Positions 25,331 to 37,699 of a stretch of DNA of 64,000 nt are shown one piece after another; positions within the stretch are counted from its first letter, which is position 1, and each line of letters starts with the position of its first letter. Origin of the DNA: Octopus bimaculoides. Its lineage: Eukaryota. The position numbers and the translations under genes are program-made. The notes below the pieces were generated by a model that saw nothing but the letters and a program-made list of their open reading frames with translations, was not told the DNA's origin and searched no databases. The DNA is taken from NCBI RefSeq assembly GCF_001194135.2, contig NC_068986.1, positions 6,181,067-6,245,066 on the forward strand, given 5' to 3'.

Positions 25331-25599
25331 GTATATGTGAGAAAAAAGGGAAAACTAGAAGATGAAAAAATAAAATGAAATAAATAAAAAAACAAATAAA
25401 ATAAAAAAGTAAATAAAAAATAACATATTCAAGATAAAAAAGGATAAATTAGAAATTAATGCAATTATAAAAAAAGAAAAGTAAAAGGAGATAATAAATA
25501 GATAAAATGAAATAAAAGGATCATAATAAGCAATAAAAAACAATAAAAGTCGATAAAAAATTAATAAAAGTGTAAAAAAGACAGTGAATATAAGACAGG

Positions 25600-25925
25600 A
25601 TAAAAAGTTAATTTTTTAAGGAGGGTGTAGGGACAGTCATTGAGAGGAGGGAGTTGTGTTGAGTCTGAAAGGAGTTTGTGTTTGTAGATGGAAAATGTAA
25701 CGCTGTTCCAGGTGGAGTCGAGAGTGTGTGGATCTGTGGTGGAGGGTGAGACCAAAGATGGAGATATTAGAGGTAGAGTAGTTGGCCAAGTGGAAATGAC
25801 GGGGGGAGGGTTCATGCATAGCCAAACATCTCGTGGATGTTCGGAGAACTGCTCGGCTTGCCAGCAGCCCGCCTGACCAACGTATAGTTCGTTGCAGAGA
25901 TTATAAAAATATATCAGTAGCTGAT
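25600..25925 (-). mobile_element. Penelope-like element, GIY-YIG endonuclease C-terminus
   Basis: CNELYVGQAG...QFSEHPRD, then RHFHLANYSTSNISIFGLTLH...RLHLEQRYIFHLQTQTPFRLN (PLE RHF..H..EQ..IF.L.T..P.GLN pattern). Confidence 0.8.
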
Positions 25926-25956
25926 AAAAAAATTGTCCAGCAGCATTTGTGGTATG

Positions 25957-25997
25957 GCTAGATGCATGTTTCTGCCTCTCTGCACTTCATCAGTAGC
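25957..25997 (-). ncRNA. Minimal type-I hammerhead motif
   Basis: Minus: gcta-CTGATGA-agtgcagagaggca-GAAA-catgca-TC-tagc. Stem I gcta/tagc, stem II tgc/gca, AUC triplet. Confidence 0.6.
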
Positions 25998-26227
25998 AAA
26001 TACAAACTGACAACTACATGGTAAGACAAAATCTGTCATCACTGATATAGGAAAATAGTTTCTGAAAAATCACCAATGTTGCAATTAGCTGGTAGACTGA
26101 ATAAAAATCTGTTATGTGCAACAGGAGCAGTATTGGTTAATAATGGCAATTTGCACAAAATTAGAAACCACACATTTTTCAAAACATTCAAGCCTTAATT
26201 TATATTTTTAAACTATGCAAAGCATCA

Positions 26228-26340
26228 AGATATCCCTTGTGACACATGTTTTGAGAAGTACTGTGATATGTTAGCATAAAGCATTTAGATATCCCTTGTG
26301 ACACATCTTTTGAGAAGGACTGTGATATGTTAGCATAATA
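26228..26340 (+). repeat. 59-bp tandem duplication
   Basis: AGATATCCCTTGTGACACAT...GTTAGCATAA at 26228 and 26287. Confidence 0.9.
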
Positions 26341-29300
26341 CTTGTCACTTTTACAGTTTTTTTCTACAAATCGTTGCAGCAATTGGCTGTACTCTCATTG
26401 TGTTTATCTATAAGATCATCTGGGCAGTTGAAGTTTTAAGTGTCTTATTCCATGATGCCATACAAGTGAAGAAATTGTGGGAAAGTGTGACAAGTTCAAA
26501 TACCATGAGGTGAAAAGAATTTGTTTTAGCACAAGGAAAATGGAGAGAAAATGGTGTTGTTGCTTGAACAATGGGCAAATACTTTAGTTTTGAACAATCA
26601 AAACCCTGATACTACGTTAACTCACCTTCTCTCTCTCTCTCAGAACCCTAAATATTAAACTTTATCATGGTAATGCAGCTGATTAAATTCTTCTTCTATA
26701 GATTAATTGTTGTCAATGGAGTCCATCAACAGTTCACTCTAATTTCAGGTTTTACACTGTACAGCTGTTTGGCTATTAGTCTGACAACTACCAACTAATT
26801 AATTATTAGTGTGACACCTATCAATTAATTAATTCTTACATACCAAGTAGATGCAAACAAACCATGCAGACATTGTATTGGATAATCAATTCTCAGTTTG
26901 TGAGTTTATATGTCATTGGTTGTATTTCTGTGTAGGACACTTAATTCTACATGCCCCAGTTTACATGACTGTTAGGTGGAGATTCCATAATTTGTAAAGG
27001 ATAATCATTAGCTCTCATTAATGGAGACCATTGAACATCCATTGATAAAGGCATTTGATGTACAATGATCAAGTAATTGATTGCATTTTCCTCTCTAGAA
27101 ACAGAGAAACACTTATTGTTTTCAGACTGAGTAGTGAGTCAGACAAAATGCTTTGTGGAATTTCTGCTGGCTCTTTATGATCCAAGGTCAACCCTGCCTT
27201 TCATCATTTTGAGGTCGATAAAATAAATACCAATCGAACATTGAGGTTAATGTAGTTGGCATATCACATGCCCTACAATTGTTGACCAAACATACAAACC
27301 ATTCTTTCACTGATTTCTCTCCCTGGACTGTGGTCATGCTGGAGTAACACCTTTATGAGTATAGTCAATTATACCAGCTCCTGTATGTGACAGGTGTTAA
27401 TTGCACTGATCTCAGAAGAATAACAATCAAAGTCACCCTGATTGCAATAGATACACGTAAAAGAATGTAAATAATATCAGAAGATATTTTGTCTGATGCT
27501 GCACCAAGTCTGCCAAATAAGGCATAATTTTTACAAGAAGGTTAAAATTAGAATAATTATTATTTTATATCTCTATCAGACTATTCAAATGTTCCTCAAA
27601 TTATTAACCCCACCCTACCACCAACAAAAAAATAGAAAAGATAAAACAAGGAGTTTGGGAATCTGGAATTTTTTGTATGTGAGACTAGAAAATATTTGTA
27701 AAGACTGAAAAGAGTGAAAACACAATTCAAGGAATATTCCTGACAGGAATTTTAATGAGAATACTTTCAATGCGATTCCTTGTGGAATATTGATAGGGTA
27801 TAAAATTCGTTAAAAAAGAGCTAATGAAGTGTTCTATTCTTTTGAAATGAATGACAGTGACTACATTGGACTTTTTCTTTTTCATATGGTAAAGTTATTA
27901 TTATATACCATATGGAATATCTTTATACATGCACTCCTTTAACAGATAATCTTCATGGAGATTATTAAAATTGAAGCTTACTTAAAGAATCTAATCTTTT
28001 TCAACATGTACAATCACTTAAAAATGCAACCGTGACATAAAGATAATACACCAAGACATGAAGACCCAGTCAAAGCTTGAATGCAGTAAATTGCAATCAA
28101 ATCTTGCTCAAATCATGAGTGACTATCTTAAAAAAAATAATAAACCCATTAAATATTAATGTTTTATGATATATTTTGAAAAAGACATCATTCTGGTATG
28201 AGTCACAGTACAAATTTTTTTCTTACAATAACTGTCAGAAATATTCTGAGATTTGTGTTAAATCTGTTTTCTGGCTTCACATACAAGAATCCTAAATTTC
28301 CAAACCCTTTGTTTGAATAAATTGAGAAATAACAGTAAAATCTGATGATCATAGCTATAATAATTTTAATCATTGTTCTGCTTGATGACTGCTGACCTGG
28401 GGCTAAAAACGCTGAGTAATATAACAAAATCAATACCTAAAAATCAATAATTCCCTTCTTCTGTCCGAACAAACATTATGCATGTTAATTACTTTACCAA
28501 ACTCTGTTTGTTAAAGTAATTAACTAGTAATTTGCCTACAGAACAATTGCTCTATTGTTATTGCAGTACAGAACTCTATTCTTGCAAGAGAGTGCAGCAT
28601 TGTTCCTGTCATGACTGCAATAACATATGTCTGAGGTTCTGTTCTTGCTTTCAAACATCTTATTGGTTGACTATGTTTTGAATTTCCTTAAGCACATACG
28701 ATGAATGCCTTCATAATGGTAATAATAATATAATTGTTTCAAATGCCATTTTGGCATTGGGGTGTCATGCTTGTTTGCAACAATGAAAAACCACCATTTC
28801 TGTAGTTAAGGTGGCAAACTGGCAGAATCATTAGCAGAATCATTAGCAGAATCATTAGCATGCCGGACCAAATACTTAGTGGCATTTTGTCCATCCTTAT
28901 GTTCTGATTCAAATGCTGTTGAGGTCGACTTTACCTCTCATGCCTTTGGGGGGGGGGGGTCAATAAAAAAGTACCAGTTGAGCACTAGGTTGATATGATT
29001 GATTTGCTCCCTCCTCTGAACTTGCTGGCTTTGTGCCAAAATTTGAAACCAGTATACTTGTTAGTATATAATGGCTGCATAATGAAATACAGTGAACAAT
29101 ATTCATCATCATCATCCAGTGTTTTAAATTTGGGTTTTGTCCCCGTTAATGGGGGTGGCCAAATCTACCTCAGTGCCATAGCAACTGAGGCAGGCAGGCG
29201 CAGACCACCCCAACCTTTGTACTAGCTGGTGCCCATTCTTCCTTGCTATCATGAGGCTTTTTTTGGAGCTGGATTTTCTATGGGGAGCATGCCATTGCTT

Positions 29301-29769
29301 AGCCCCAACCTCAGTTTCTAGACATGAGTGGTCCCGAGACCAAGGGCTCTACTACGATTTTTAAGAAATGTGGTGGAAAACTAACTCAGGAAAACAGGGA
29401 CACTACTCTCTGAGACCCCTTTCAGAGCCCTCCTACTTAATATTATAGTTGCATAATGAAATACAGTTGCATAATGAAATACAGCATTTAATATGTAGAT
29501 ACCAGTTGCCAGGAATGTGTTTAAAATGTAAAATTGATATATCTGTTTGTGTTACACCACTAAATTTGGTGGCTATTTAAGCAATGTGTTGTTGGCAGAA
29601 ATGTAACTAATAGGGGTGCAAGGAAAGTGACTGATGCTGAGCACATTTTCAAATTTGGTGCCTTTTCAACAAATAATATTCACTCTTTAGTTCACTTGTG
29701 TGATAAATGTTGAATCTCTCTTTTGTTTTGTTTATTGCAAGGCCTTGGAAGACCCTTAATTTGACCTAC

Positions 29770-29828
29770 CTACAGTGTTTCTGAACTGTCTGCTCAATCT
29801 CCTGTGATGTGTTGTTGGCCTCTGATAT
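29770..29828 (-). CDS. Candidate coding exon of an unidentified minus-strand gene (ISEANNTSQEIEQTVQKHC)
   Basis: Branch-like GCTAAT, acceptor tttgttttggttcttcag, donor AG|gtaggt, open in phase 0. No homology recognised. Confidence 0.35.
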
Positions 29829-30289
29829 CTGAAGAACCAAAACAAACCCCAATATCATTAGCTCTCAACGCTGGACAATCTTGTGGGGGTTTCATCTTTT
29901 TCATGTCTCACCTATATCACTAGTTGTCAGTTTCATACATAATGGCATTATTACTGAAACATGAAATTAATGAATGTAGAATATATTATAACTAATGAAA
30001 GGAAAATAAGTTAAAAATTGTTTGACATGTGTTACGGAACCTTTTTTTATGTGCTCGCATTCCCTAACTTTAGAACCTGGCCATGCTGTTGGTTTGGGGA
30101 TGGTTAATGGGTTGGGTGTGGGGTTGAAGAAGGAGCAAGAACTTCTGAAATATGCATATCCACCCTTTATGTATTTTTCTATCTTCAATCGCATTGTTTA
30201 TATGGATATAGTCACACATGAAAAACTTTCAGTACTGACTCTGGTTTCTATAGAAAATCTGTTGAGATAACTTTAAAAATTGATTATAT

Positions 30290-30485
30290 CTCCCATCTAA
30301 TAATTAAGTTCACTACTTAATAATTAAATCTGTTACTGACTAATCAAGTTTATAACCCACTAATTAAGTCTACCGTCCAATAATTATATCTATAACCCAA
30401 TAATTAAATCCTCAACTCAACAATTAACTCTACAATCCAATAATTAATTCTACCACCCAATAATCATTCAATAATTAATTCTACT
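30290..30485. repeat. Degenerate ~20-bp minisatellite (AATAATTAANTCTA...CCC)
   Basis: About nine imperfect units visible. Confidence 0.8.
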
Positions 30486-30489
30486 AATA

Positions 30490-30663
30490 TAAGAGCAGGT
30501 GTGGCTGTCTGATAAGAATTTTCCTTCCCAACCAAATGGTTCTGGGTACAATCCCACTGCATTAAACCTTGGGCAAGTATCTTCTATTATAACCCAAGGC
30601 TGAGCAAAACCTTGTGATGGAAACTGAAAGAAGTCCTCAATGTATATATATACATACATACAC

Positions 30664-30709
<46 letters not shown>

Positions 30710-31012
30710 GCATGTGTGCATGTGTGTATATATATGTGTGTACATCTGTCTATATCTGTGTGTATGTATTACTATCATACCTTGACATCACGTGATAGTT
30801 GTAAAATGAATGTCGCTATCATGCAAGCAGTATCTTTTGTTCCAAATCTTCTGTGTAAACATGTCTGATTATAGGGAAATATCATCTTACTTGGAATCAC
30901 TTGAGAGTTGCTGATTGGAAGAGCATTTGGCTGTAGAAAATTTGCCTCAACAAAATTCTACCCAACCCATGCAAATATGAGAAAGTGGTAGTTAGAATGA
31001 TGATGATGAATG
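30490..31012 (+). mobile_element. SINE A head joined to an RTE-type tail with (GAT)n
   Basis: A head 30490-30640, microsatellite, then ...GAAGAGCATTTGGCTGTAGAAAA...CCCAACCCATGC...GAATGATGATGATG. Confidence 0.65.
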
Positions 31013-31206
31013 GTGACTACTCTTATCAAAGTATAGACAAGATTTGACCTCTATCTGAAGGCTTAAATTCAATACCTGCTGCTTATATCATCTGGTACAT
31101 TAATGCATGATTTTTGTTGAGTTCAATAAAATTGAGTGAATGAATAAGATATTGGCTTATTGACTTCCAAGATGGTGGAATTCATAATCTGTTGTAGAAA
31201 ACATAC

Positions 31207-31320
31207 CTTATTCCTTTGGAAAATTAAAGCCTTTTTTAGAAAAGCTTTCATTCTAAAATTCCTCATTAATTTATCTATAGAGAACCAAAGCGTATTTAAG
31301 AAGATCTTAAACCTCATTCT
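31207..31320 (-). CDS. Candidate coding exon (RMRFKIFLNTLWFSIDKLMRNFRMKAFLKKALIFQRNK)
   Basis: Branch TACTAAT, acceptor cttgctag, donor AAG|gtatgt; 114 nt, phase 0-0, only one frame open. Confidence 0.35.
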
Positions 31321-31662
31321 CTAGCAAGTTGAAATTATTAGTATTCATCTAATAATATGATTCTAGGAATATTATAACCCAAAAGCAATCATTTTGTATC
31401 TGACACTTTAAGTTAATTAGGCTAAAGTGATATATGCCAGGACTACGCAACAGCTGTGGTGAGATATAATCTCATAAACCATTAAGTTGAGAGCTTGCTA
31501 TTGTAAACCATTCAGTAATTGAACATATCACTATAAAGTCTTCTGTAATACATTAAAGTGTTAAAGAACAATATATATACATATGTACATACATACATAC
31601 ATACATACATATGTAGGCATGAATATCTGTTCTCACACACACACACACACACACACGCACAC

Positions 31663-31983
31663 ATTAGATAAAGATAGTTATGACTAGGCTATGGGGTTAC
31701 ACTGGGTTTCACGTCCATTAAGTGCTTAGCTTTACAGCATCCCTTCAGACCCTAATGGCTGGCAGCCTATAACCTCTCTTTAAAGTGGAGGACGAAAAGG
31801 CCTCATGATTAGTTGTTGAACACATGGACAAACTAGCCACAAGATCTTTTCTTCCTCCACTTTATAGAGAGGTTATAGGTCAGCAGCCAATAGGGTCTGA
31901 CAAGACATATGTAAAACTAAGTGTTTTTCGGATGCAAAACCCTGTGTAACCCCATAAACTGGCCATAACTATCTTTATCTAAT
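31663..31983. repeat. 321-bp imperfect foldback (MITE-like) element
   Basis: ATTAGATAAAGATAGTTATG...CATAACTATCTTTATCTAAT; arms pair nearly to the centre (e.g. CCTATAACCTCTCT / AGAGAGGTTATAGG). Confidence 0.85.
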
Positions 31984-32029
31984 TACTGTACTGCTCTATA
32001 ACTTAGAAAGAGCACAGGCGTGCGAAGCC

Positions 32030-32214
32030 TAAAATGGCTGCCATTTAAGAGATGTCATTTTTGCATATGTGATGTAGTGGTATTGCAAAATTTGATTTGC
32101 ATATATTAATTTCAATTATGTCCTTTATATTGTATCAAAGTTTCCTGCATTTATTTGTAAAGTTAAGGAAGTTATCAAAAATTGAAACCCCTCAGTGACT
32201 TTTGGGACACCCTG
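32030..32214. mobile_element. Solo end of a Tc1/mariner-type element
   Basis: Ends ...GACTTTTGGGACACCCTG-TA (CAGGGTGTCCCAAAAG-type TIR plus TA); no partner TIR seen. Confidence 0.5.
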
Positions 32215-32891
32215 TATATATTCTTTACGTACACACATACATATGTAATAATCCTTTATGTTATAGATCCAAGGCCTTAAATTTTGCAGGATGAGGCAAG
32301 TCGATTACATCAACTCCAGTGCTCAACTAGTACTAATTTCACTAGCCCTGAAAGAATGAAAGTTAAAGTTGACCTTGGCAGAATTTGAACTCAGAATGAG
32401 AAGATGGATGAAATGTTGTGTTTTGTCTGGTGTGTAACAGTTCTGCCAGCTTACCACCTTACATACATAGATAATGGAAACTCAAAGAAGCCTGTTGTGC
32501 ATATATGTATGAATATGTGTATACATCTTTCTGTGTATGTGTCTCTGTGTTTGTACCCTGTCACTGCTTGACAACTGGTGTTTGTAGTTTACATCTTCTA
32601 TAACTTAGCTGTTTGGCAAAAAAGATCGATAGAATAAGTACCAGGCTTTGAAAAAAAAATAGGTACTGGGGTTGATTTACATTATTTACATTATATACAT
32701 TTGACAAATATTTGTCCTTTTCTTGTTTGTTGTTAACACAACGTTTTGGCTGATATACCCTCCAGCCTTTTTGGTTCTTTTCTCTAAAACTATATATTTA
32801 TATATTTTATACTGTGAAACTTAATTTAATTTTAATTTTTAATAAATTGAATTTAATTGAGTTTTTACCTGTAAATTTGGATTTTTATCCC

Positions 32892-32997
<106 letters not shown>

Positions 32998-34254
32998 TAT
33001 ACATATATACCTGTAAAAGAGTTCAGTAAAAGAGACCAATAGAATAAGCATCAGGTTTTGAAAGAAAATATTGGGGTCAGTTTGTTTGACTAAAATTCTT
33101 CAAGGCAGTGTTCCAGCATGACCACTGTTTAATGACTAAGGCAAATAAAAAAATAAAACTAAATTCCCACTGAGATGAACTTAGCATTTTACCCTTCTAA
33201 TGTTGCTTAAGATTTAGTCCCAGCTGTTGCTATTGATTATTCCAGATCAATAGCAAACCTGTGATCAAAGCCATCCCAGCTATAATGATTATGCTTTTCT
33301 ATGGGTGTGACTGGAACTGCAAGGCAACATCATGTAATTTGCAGGCAATTTAACTACTGTTTCTAGCAAGCTGATCAACTTTGTTGATGCCCTAATTTGC
33401 TTGTTTGATCTTAATGCCGAGATCAGCCATAATTGAGCAGACTAATGATCAAACGTTTTCCAGCTATGACCGTTCCATCTTTTCATACGTCTAAGATTAT
33501 ATGTTCTGCCATTTTTAAGACAGTAAGCTGTGATATGAAGGGATTTATCTGCTACTTTCGTTGGTCAACAATAAGAAAAAAAACCAAAGCAAATGGCTAA
33601 TTTGACTCTGGTAGTTTACTGGGGCAGATTTAGTGGATTCCATTTAGCAAAGCCTCTTTTACTGCAAAACTTTTCTTTGAGCTCAGTCACAAGAAAATAA
33701 TGTGTGTTGGTGTGTGTGTGCATGTGTGTGTGAGTGTATGCACAGGCATGTATGTATATGTGTATATGTGTGTGTGTGTGTGTAGGTTATGTGTGTGTGT
33801 GTGAGCATAAGTGATTAATATATATAGTAAAATATAGGTTAATCTCTCACTGTCTTGTGATAATTCTGAAGCTGTTTGGTCAGGAATTTAAGTTAATGTC
33901 ATAAATATTAGAGTCAATTGGATGATGAATTAAAGGAAATCCATGCTGAATAATTCTCTTATCAGTTGATAGATGTGTCATTAGAAATGGGGAAATAAAG
34001 GAGAAAGAGGAGATGAGAAAAAGAATAGGGAATGAGAGTGGGAAAGAGAAGAAGAAAGGGAAGGGAAGAGAGAAGGAGAAAGAGAGGGGAAAGAGAGAAG
34101 AAATAGAGGAAGAAAGAGATTAAATAAAATTGGTTTGACTGCTTGAATATTGAATTTTTTTTTTCCATAGGCACAAGGAGTCTTGAATTAAAAAATGGAA
34201 AATTCCTTTACCAATAGTGCTGACTTTGTGATTTGGTATTTTATAAATGTGTAA

Positions 34255-34380
34255 AGTATTTTTGGTAAGCAGCTAATATCATAACCTAATATCATAACCT
34301 AATATCATAATATCATAACCTTTTTGGTAAGCAGCTAATATCATAAGTATTTTTGATAAGCAGCTAATATCATAACCTGA
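34255..34380. repeat. Complex short tandem repeat (TAATATCATAACC / TTTTGGTAAGCAGC units)
   Basis: Directly visible. Confidence 0.9.
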
Positions 34381-34789
34381 GGTTATGAGTGAAATTTAGG
34401 AGATTGAAACTGTGTGAAAGCTTTTAGAAGGAACCCTTCCAATTCTGGATCTTGGGTGCTTTTAGTGGAATCCATTCTGTCATAGTATTTGAGCCAAGTC
34501 TTTGATTTGGTGATAACTTCTTCTTTCCCTCTACAGTCTTGAAGGCCATGAAAATGGTTACAGGCATTACTAGGAACACCACATTTTCCTCTGACCAAGC
34601 CATTAAAAGAAATTTTAAATTCCCTCAGCTATACCTATAAAAGTAGGTAACTACTATAAGATTGCAAAATCACTCTGCAATTTTACAGTGCTCTTGCTAC
34701 CTACTATAGTGAGCTGTTGCAGGGTGGGTCAAGGTTATTTGGTGAGTTGATCCCTGTTGTTTGTGGATATACCCTGGCATTTCGTCACC

Positions 34790-35400
34790 CTCTCTTTCCT
34801 GCTCCCTCTTGCACTCTTGCTGTCTTCCATTCTCTCTCTTTTTCTCTTGCTCTAGTTAGGTAACCATGTATCTCCATCACAGCAGCACACCTGTTTCTGT
34901 TTTTATTCTTGATCACTCTCTCTCTCTCTCTCTGCTCTCCCTCTCCCCCTCTCCCTCCCTCGTTTTATCTCTCTATCTCTCTGACTGGGTAACTAGGCAC
35001 CTCCTCTACAGCAAGACACCTGTTTCTGCCTGTCACACTTTAACCTTTCATCATCTGACACAAGATCACCTCCTCCAATTTCCCCCTCCTCTCTCAAAGG
35101 CCCTTTCTTTTGCCAAGTTACTTGGTAACCCTGCCAGTGCTGGTGCCATGTAAAAAGCACCCAGTCCACACTGTAAAATGGTTGGTGTTTGAAAGGACAT
35201 AGCCTCGCTTGTGCCAGTGCCATGTATAAAACACTCATTCCACTCTACAGGGTGGTTGGTGTTAGGAAGGACATCCAGCCATAAAAACCCTGCCAAAACA
35301 AACACAGGAGTCTGGTGTAGTCTTCTGCCTGGCCAGCTCCTGCCAAACTGTCCAACCCATGCCAGCATGGAAAGTGGACATTAAATGATGATGATGATGA
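34790..35400 (+). mobile_element. RTE long 3' UTR copy with internal CT-rich tract and (GAT)n tail
   Basis: CAGCAAGACACCTG motif and tail shared with the minus-strand copy at 62455-63500. Confidence 0.7.
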
Positions 35401-35543
35401 ATAGGACAGCATCTGTCTGCAATATGAACTGTTAACCCTTCAACTGGTAATCTGGCTCTTTATTGACTTTATATTAGAGGATGTGAGTGAGGTAGAATGA
35501 TTTTAAAACCAGAAATGAAATTCATGCCATAAATGCAGCTCAC

Positions 35544-35636
35544 CAGAAGTTTGTCTTCTACTTTATTGCTCTCGCATTTGATTGTTCTGATGATAATAAT
35601 TACGGTCTTTCCTTTCAGTTTGTCATCAACGACTTC
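35544..35636 (-). CDS. Candidate coding exon (EVVDDKLKGKTVIIIIRTIKCESNKVEDKLL)
   Basis: Acceptor tttcatgtttgaaag, donor CTG|gtgagc; 93 nt, phase 0-0 open. Confidence 0.35.
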
Positions 35637-36939
35637 CTTTCAAACATGAAACCCCCAAATTTATGGAGGCAAATCGGAAGAAGATGCAAGCAGTTTTTCA
35701 GAAGAGAAATAAATCAGAAGAAAAGATGAGAATCAAAGTAATTTCTTTCCTCCTCCTCCTCCTCCTCCTCCTGATCATCATCACCATGATTATGATGATG
35801 ATCCTCCTCCTCTTCATCCTCTTCCTCCTCTATGATCACGATCATAGTCATGATTATCATCACCACCACCACCACCACCACTCTCACCATCACCACTCTC
35901 ACCACCACCACCACCACCACCACCATTATTGTTTTCATTATTATTACAGTTGTCATGACATTTATATTACTTTTGCCATTCCATGCATATTTAGAGATAG
36001 ATCAATGGTGGTTACTTGTTCTTCATCAGCCATGACACATCATCAACTTGTACTGTTGCCTTCATGTTGTAACATTATAACTGAAAATAAAGTGGTGAGC
36101 TGGCAGAATTGTTACTCTGCCAGGCTAAATTTTCAGTGGCATTTCATTTTATGATCTGAGTTCAAATTCTGCCAAGGTCAACTTTGTCTTTTATCCTTTC
36201 ATGGCTGATAAAAGAAATACTAGTCGAACATTAGTGTTGCTGTAATTGACATATCTCATCTCCCAAAATTGCCTGGTCTTGTACAAAAAATTTGAAACCA
36301 ATATTATTATTGAACATCCATCCCTCCACCCATCCACCCATCCATCCACCCATCCATCCACCCATCCATCCATCCATACATACATACACCCCCTCCCCCA
36401 CAGAATTGGTAAAAATTCTGAAGCCTGAATTTTTGTTTTTGGCTCAAATGTCAATGTGTTGGCCGAATGCTATTTTTCTGNNNNNNNNNNNNNNNNNNNN
36501 NNNNNNNNNNNNNNNNNNNNNNNNNNNNNNNNNNNNNNNNNNNNNNNNNNNNNNNNNNNNNNNNNNNNNNNNNNNNNNNNNNNNNNNNNNNNNNNNNNNN
36601 NNNNNNNNNNNNNNNNNNNNNNNNNNNNNNNNNNNNNNNNNNNNNNNNNNNNNNNNNNNNNNNNNNNNNNNNNNNNNNNNNNNNNNNNNNNNNNNNNNNN
36701 NNNNNNNNNNNNNNNNNNNNNNNNNNNNNNNNNNNNNNNNNNNNNNNNNNNNNNNNNNNNNNNNNNNNNNNNNNNNNNNNNNNNNNNNNNNNNNNNNNNN
36801 NNNNNNNNNNNNNNNNNNNNNNNNNNNNNNNNNNNNNNNNNNNNNNNNNNNNNNNNNNGTGTGTTAGGGTTAAGTGGAGGATTAAGTTCATTCTGTGGTC
36901 CTTTTTTAGCAGGGGAATGTTTTGAAGGATGGTGTCGAA

Positions 36940-37165
36940 GGCTTCATTGTTAAGAGGGTTGTGTGTGGAGATGTATGGTAGGGCTTTTGGTTGTAAATTA
37001 AACAAAAGATTCGATGGGCACAGATATGACGTTAGACGTAATAACAGTAGTTTGACAGAACTTGCTGAACGTTTTACATCAGACGGCTGCAATTTTGAAA
37101 AAGACTTGGAAGTGCATATTCTCAGAAAATATTTTGAATCTGCTACACTTCAGCTAATTGGTGTT
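36940..37165 (+). mobile_element. Penelope-like GIY-YIG endonuclease fragment
   Basis: KLNKRFDGHRYDVRRNNSSLTELAERFTSDGCNFEKDLEVHIL. Confidence 0.65.
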
Positions 37166-37392
37166 CTGACTTTCATTCACATTATCTCATTATCTTTCTC
37201 TTCATGGGTGGCTTTATATTATGATTATTGCTTAAGTTCTACAGTGTTTCTACAACAGACTGGAGAGCATCAATTTGTTTCATCTTTTTCTTGCAACGTT
37301 GGTCTTTCATGAGGATTTTCCATTCTGTTTCTCAGTTTTGTGTCACACATTTTTGTGCAGGCTGTAGCAGCAGCATAGCATAACTTATTTAA

Positions 37393-37669
37393 CCCATTAC
37401 CTACCAGTGATCTCATATGAGATCACTTTAAAATGACAAATTTCATAATTATCTGTCAATATTTACACATATCTAACCTTTTTGCTATATCTACTAGGTA
37501 TATTTCTCTGATATTCAAATGAGGTTTGCTAATTTTTCAAACCATATCACCCTTATTTCTATTTAAAATGCTATTTTGATCATTCCAGCGTGTTTCTAAG
37601 GCTGTTTTATGCTAGAAATCAAAGTTTCATAAAAAAATTCCAGTTAATAGAATTATGGGAGGTAATGGG
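37393..37669. mobile_element. piggyBac-type MITE (second family)
   Basis: TTAA-CCCATTACCT...AGGTAATGGG-TTAA; internal palindrome GTGATCTCATATGAGATCAC. Confidence 0.8.
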
Positions 37670-37699
37670 TTAAGGATGTAATGTCTAATTCATTTCATT

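Noticed and set aside
24321-25395. Many 100-300-aa His/Thr- or Cys/Val-rich ORFs
   Set aside because: Read-through of (CA)/(TG) microsatellite; no domain content.
26627-26680. Perfect AAG|gtgagt donor on the minus strand (similar donor at 21472)
   Set aside because: No convincing acceptor with an open frame upstream; such hexamers are expected by chance.
34255-34380. Repeat units with short intervening sequence, superficially CRISPR-like
   Set aside because: No unique spacers, irregular period, eukaryotic context, no cas genes.
35619-35737. Plus-strand exon candidate (CHQRLPFKHETPKFMEANRKK...)
   Set aside because: Overlaps the minus-strand candidate and has no plus-strand partners. With others at 7784-7835 and 34689-34741, it shows that chance exon-like hits occur.
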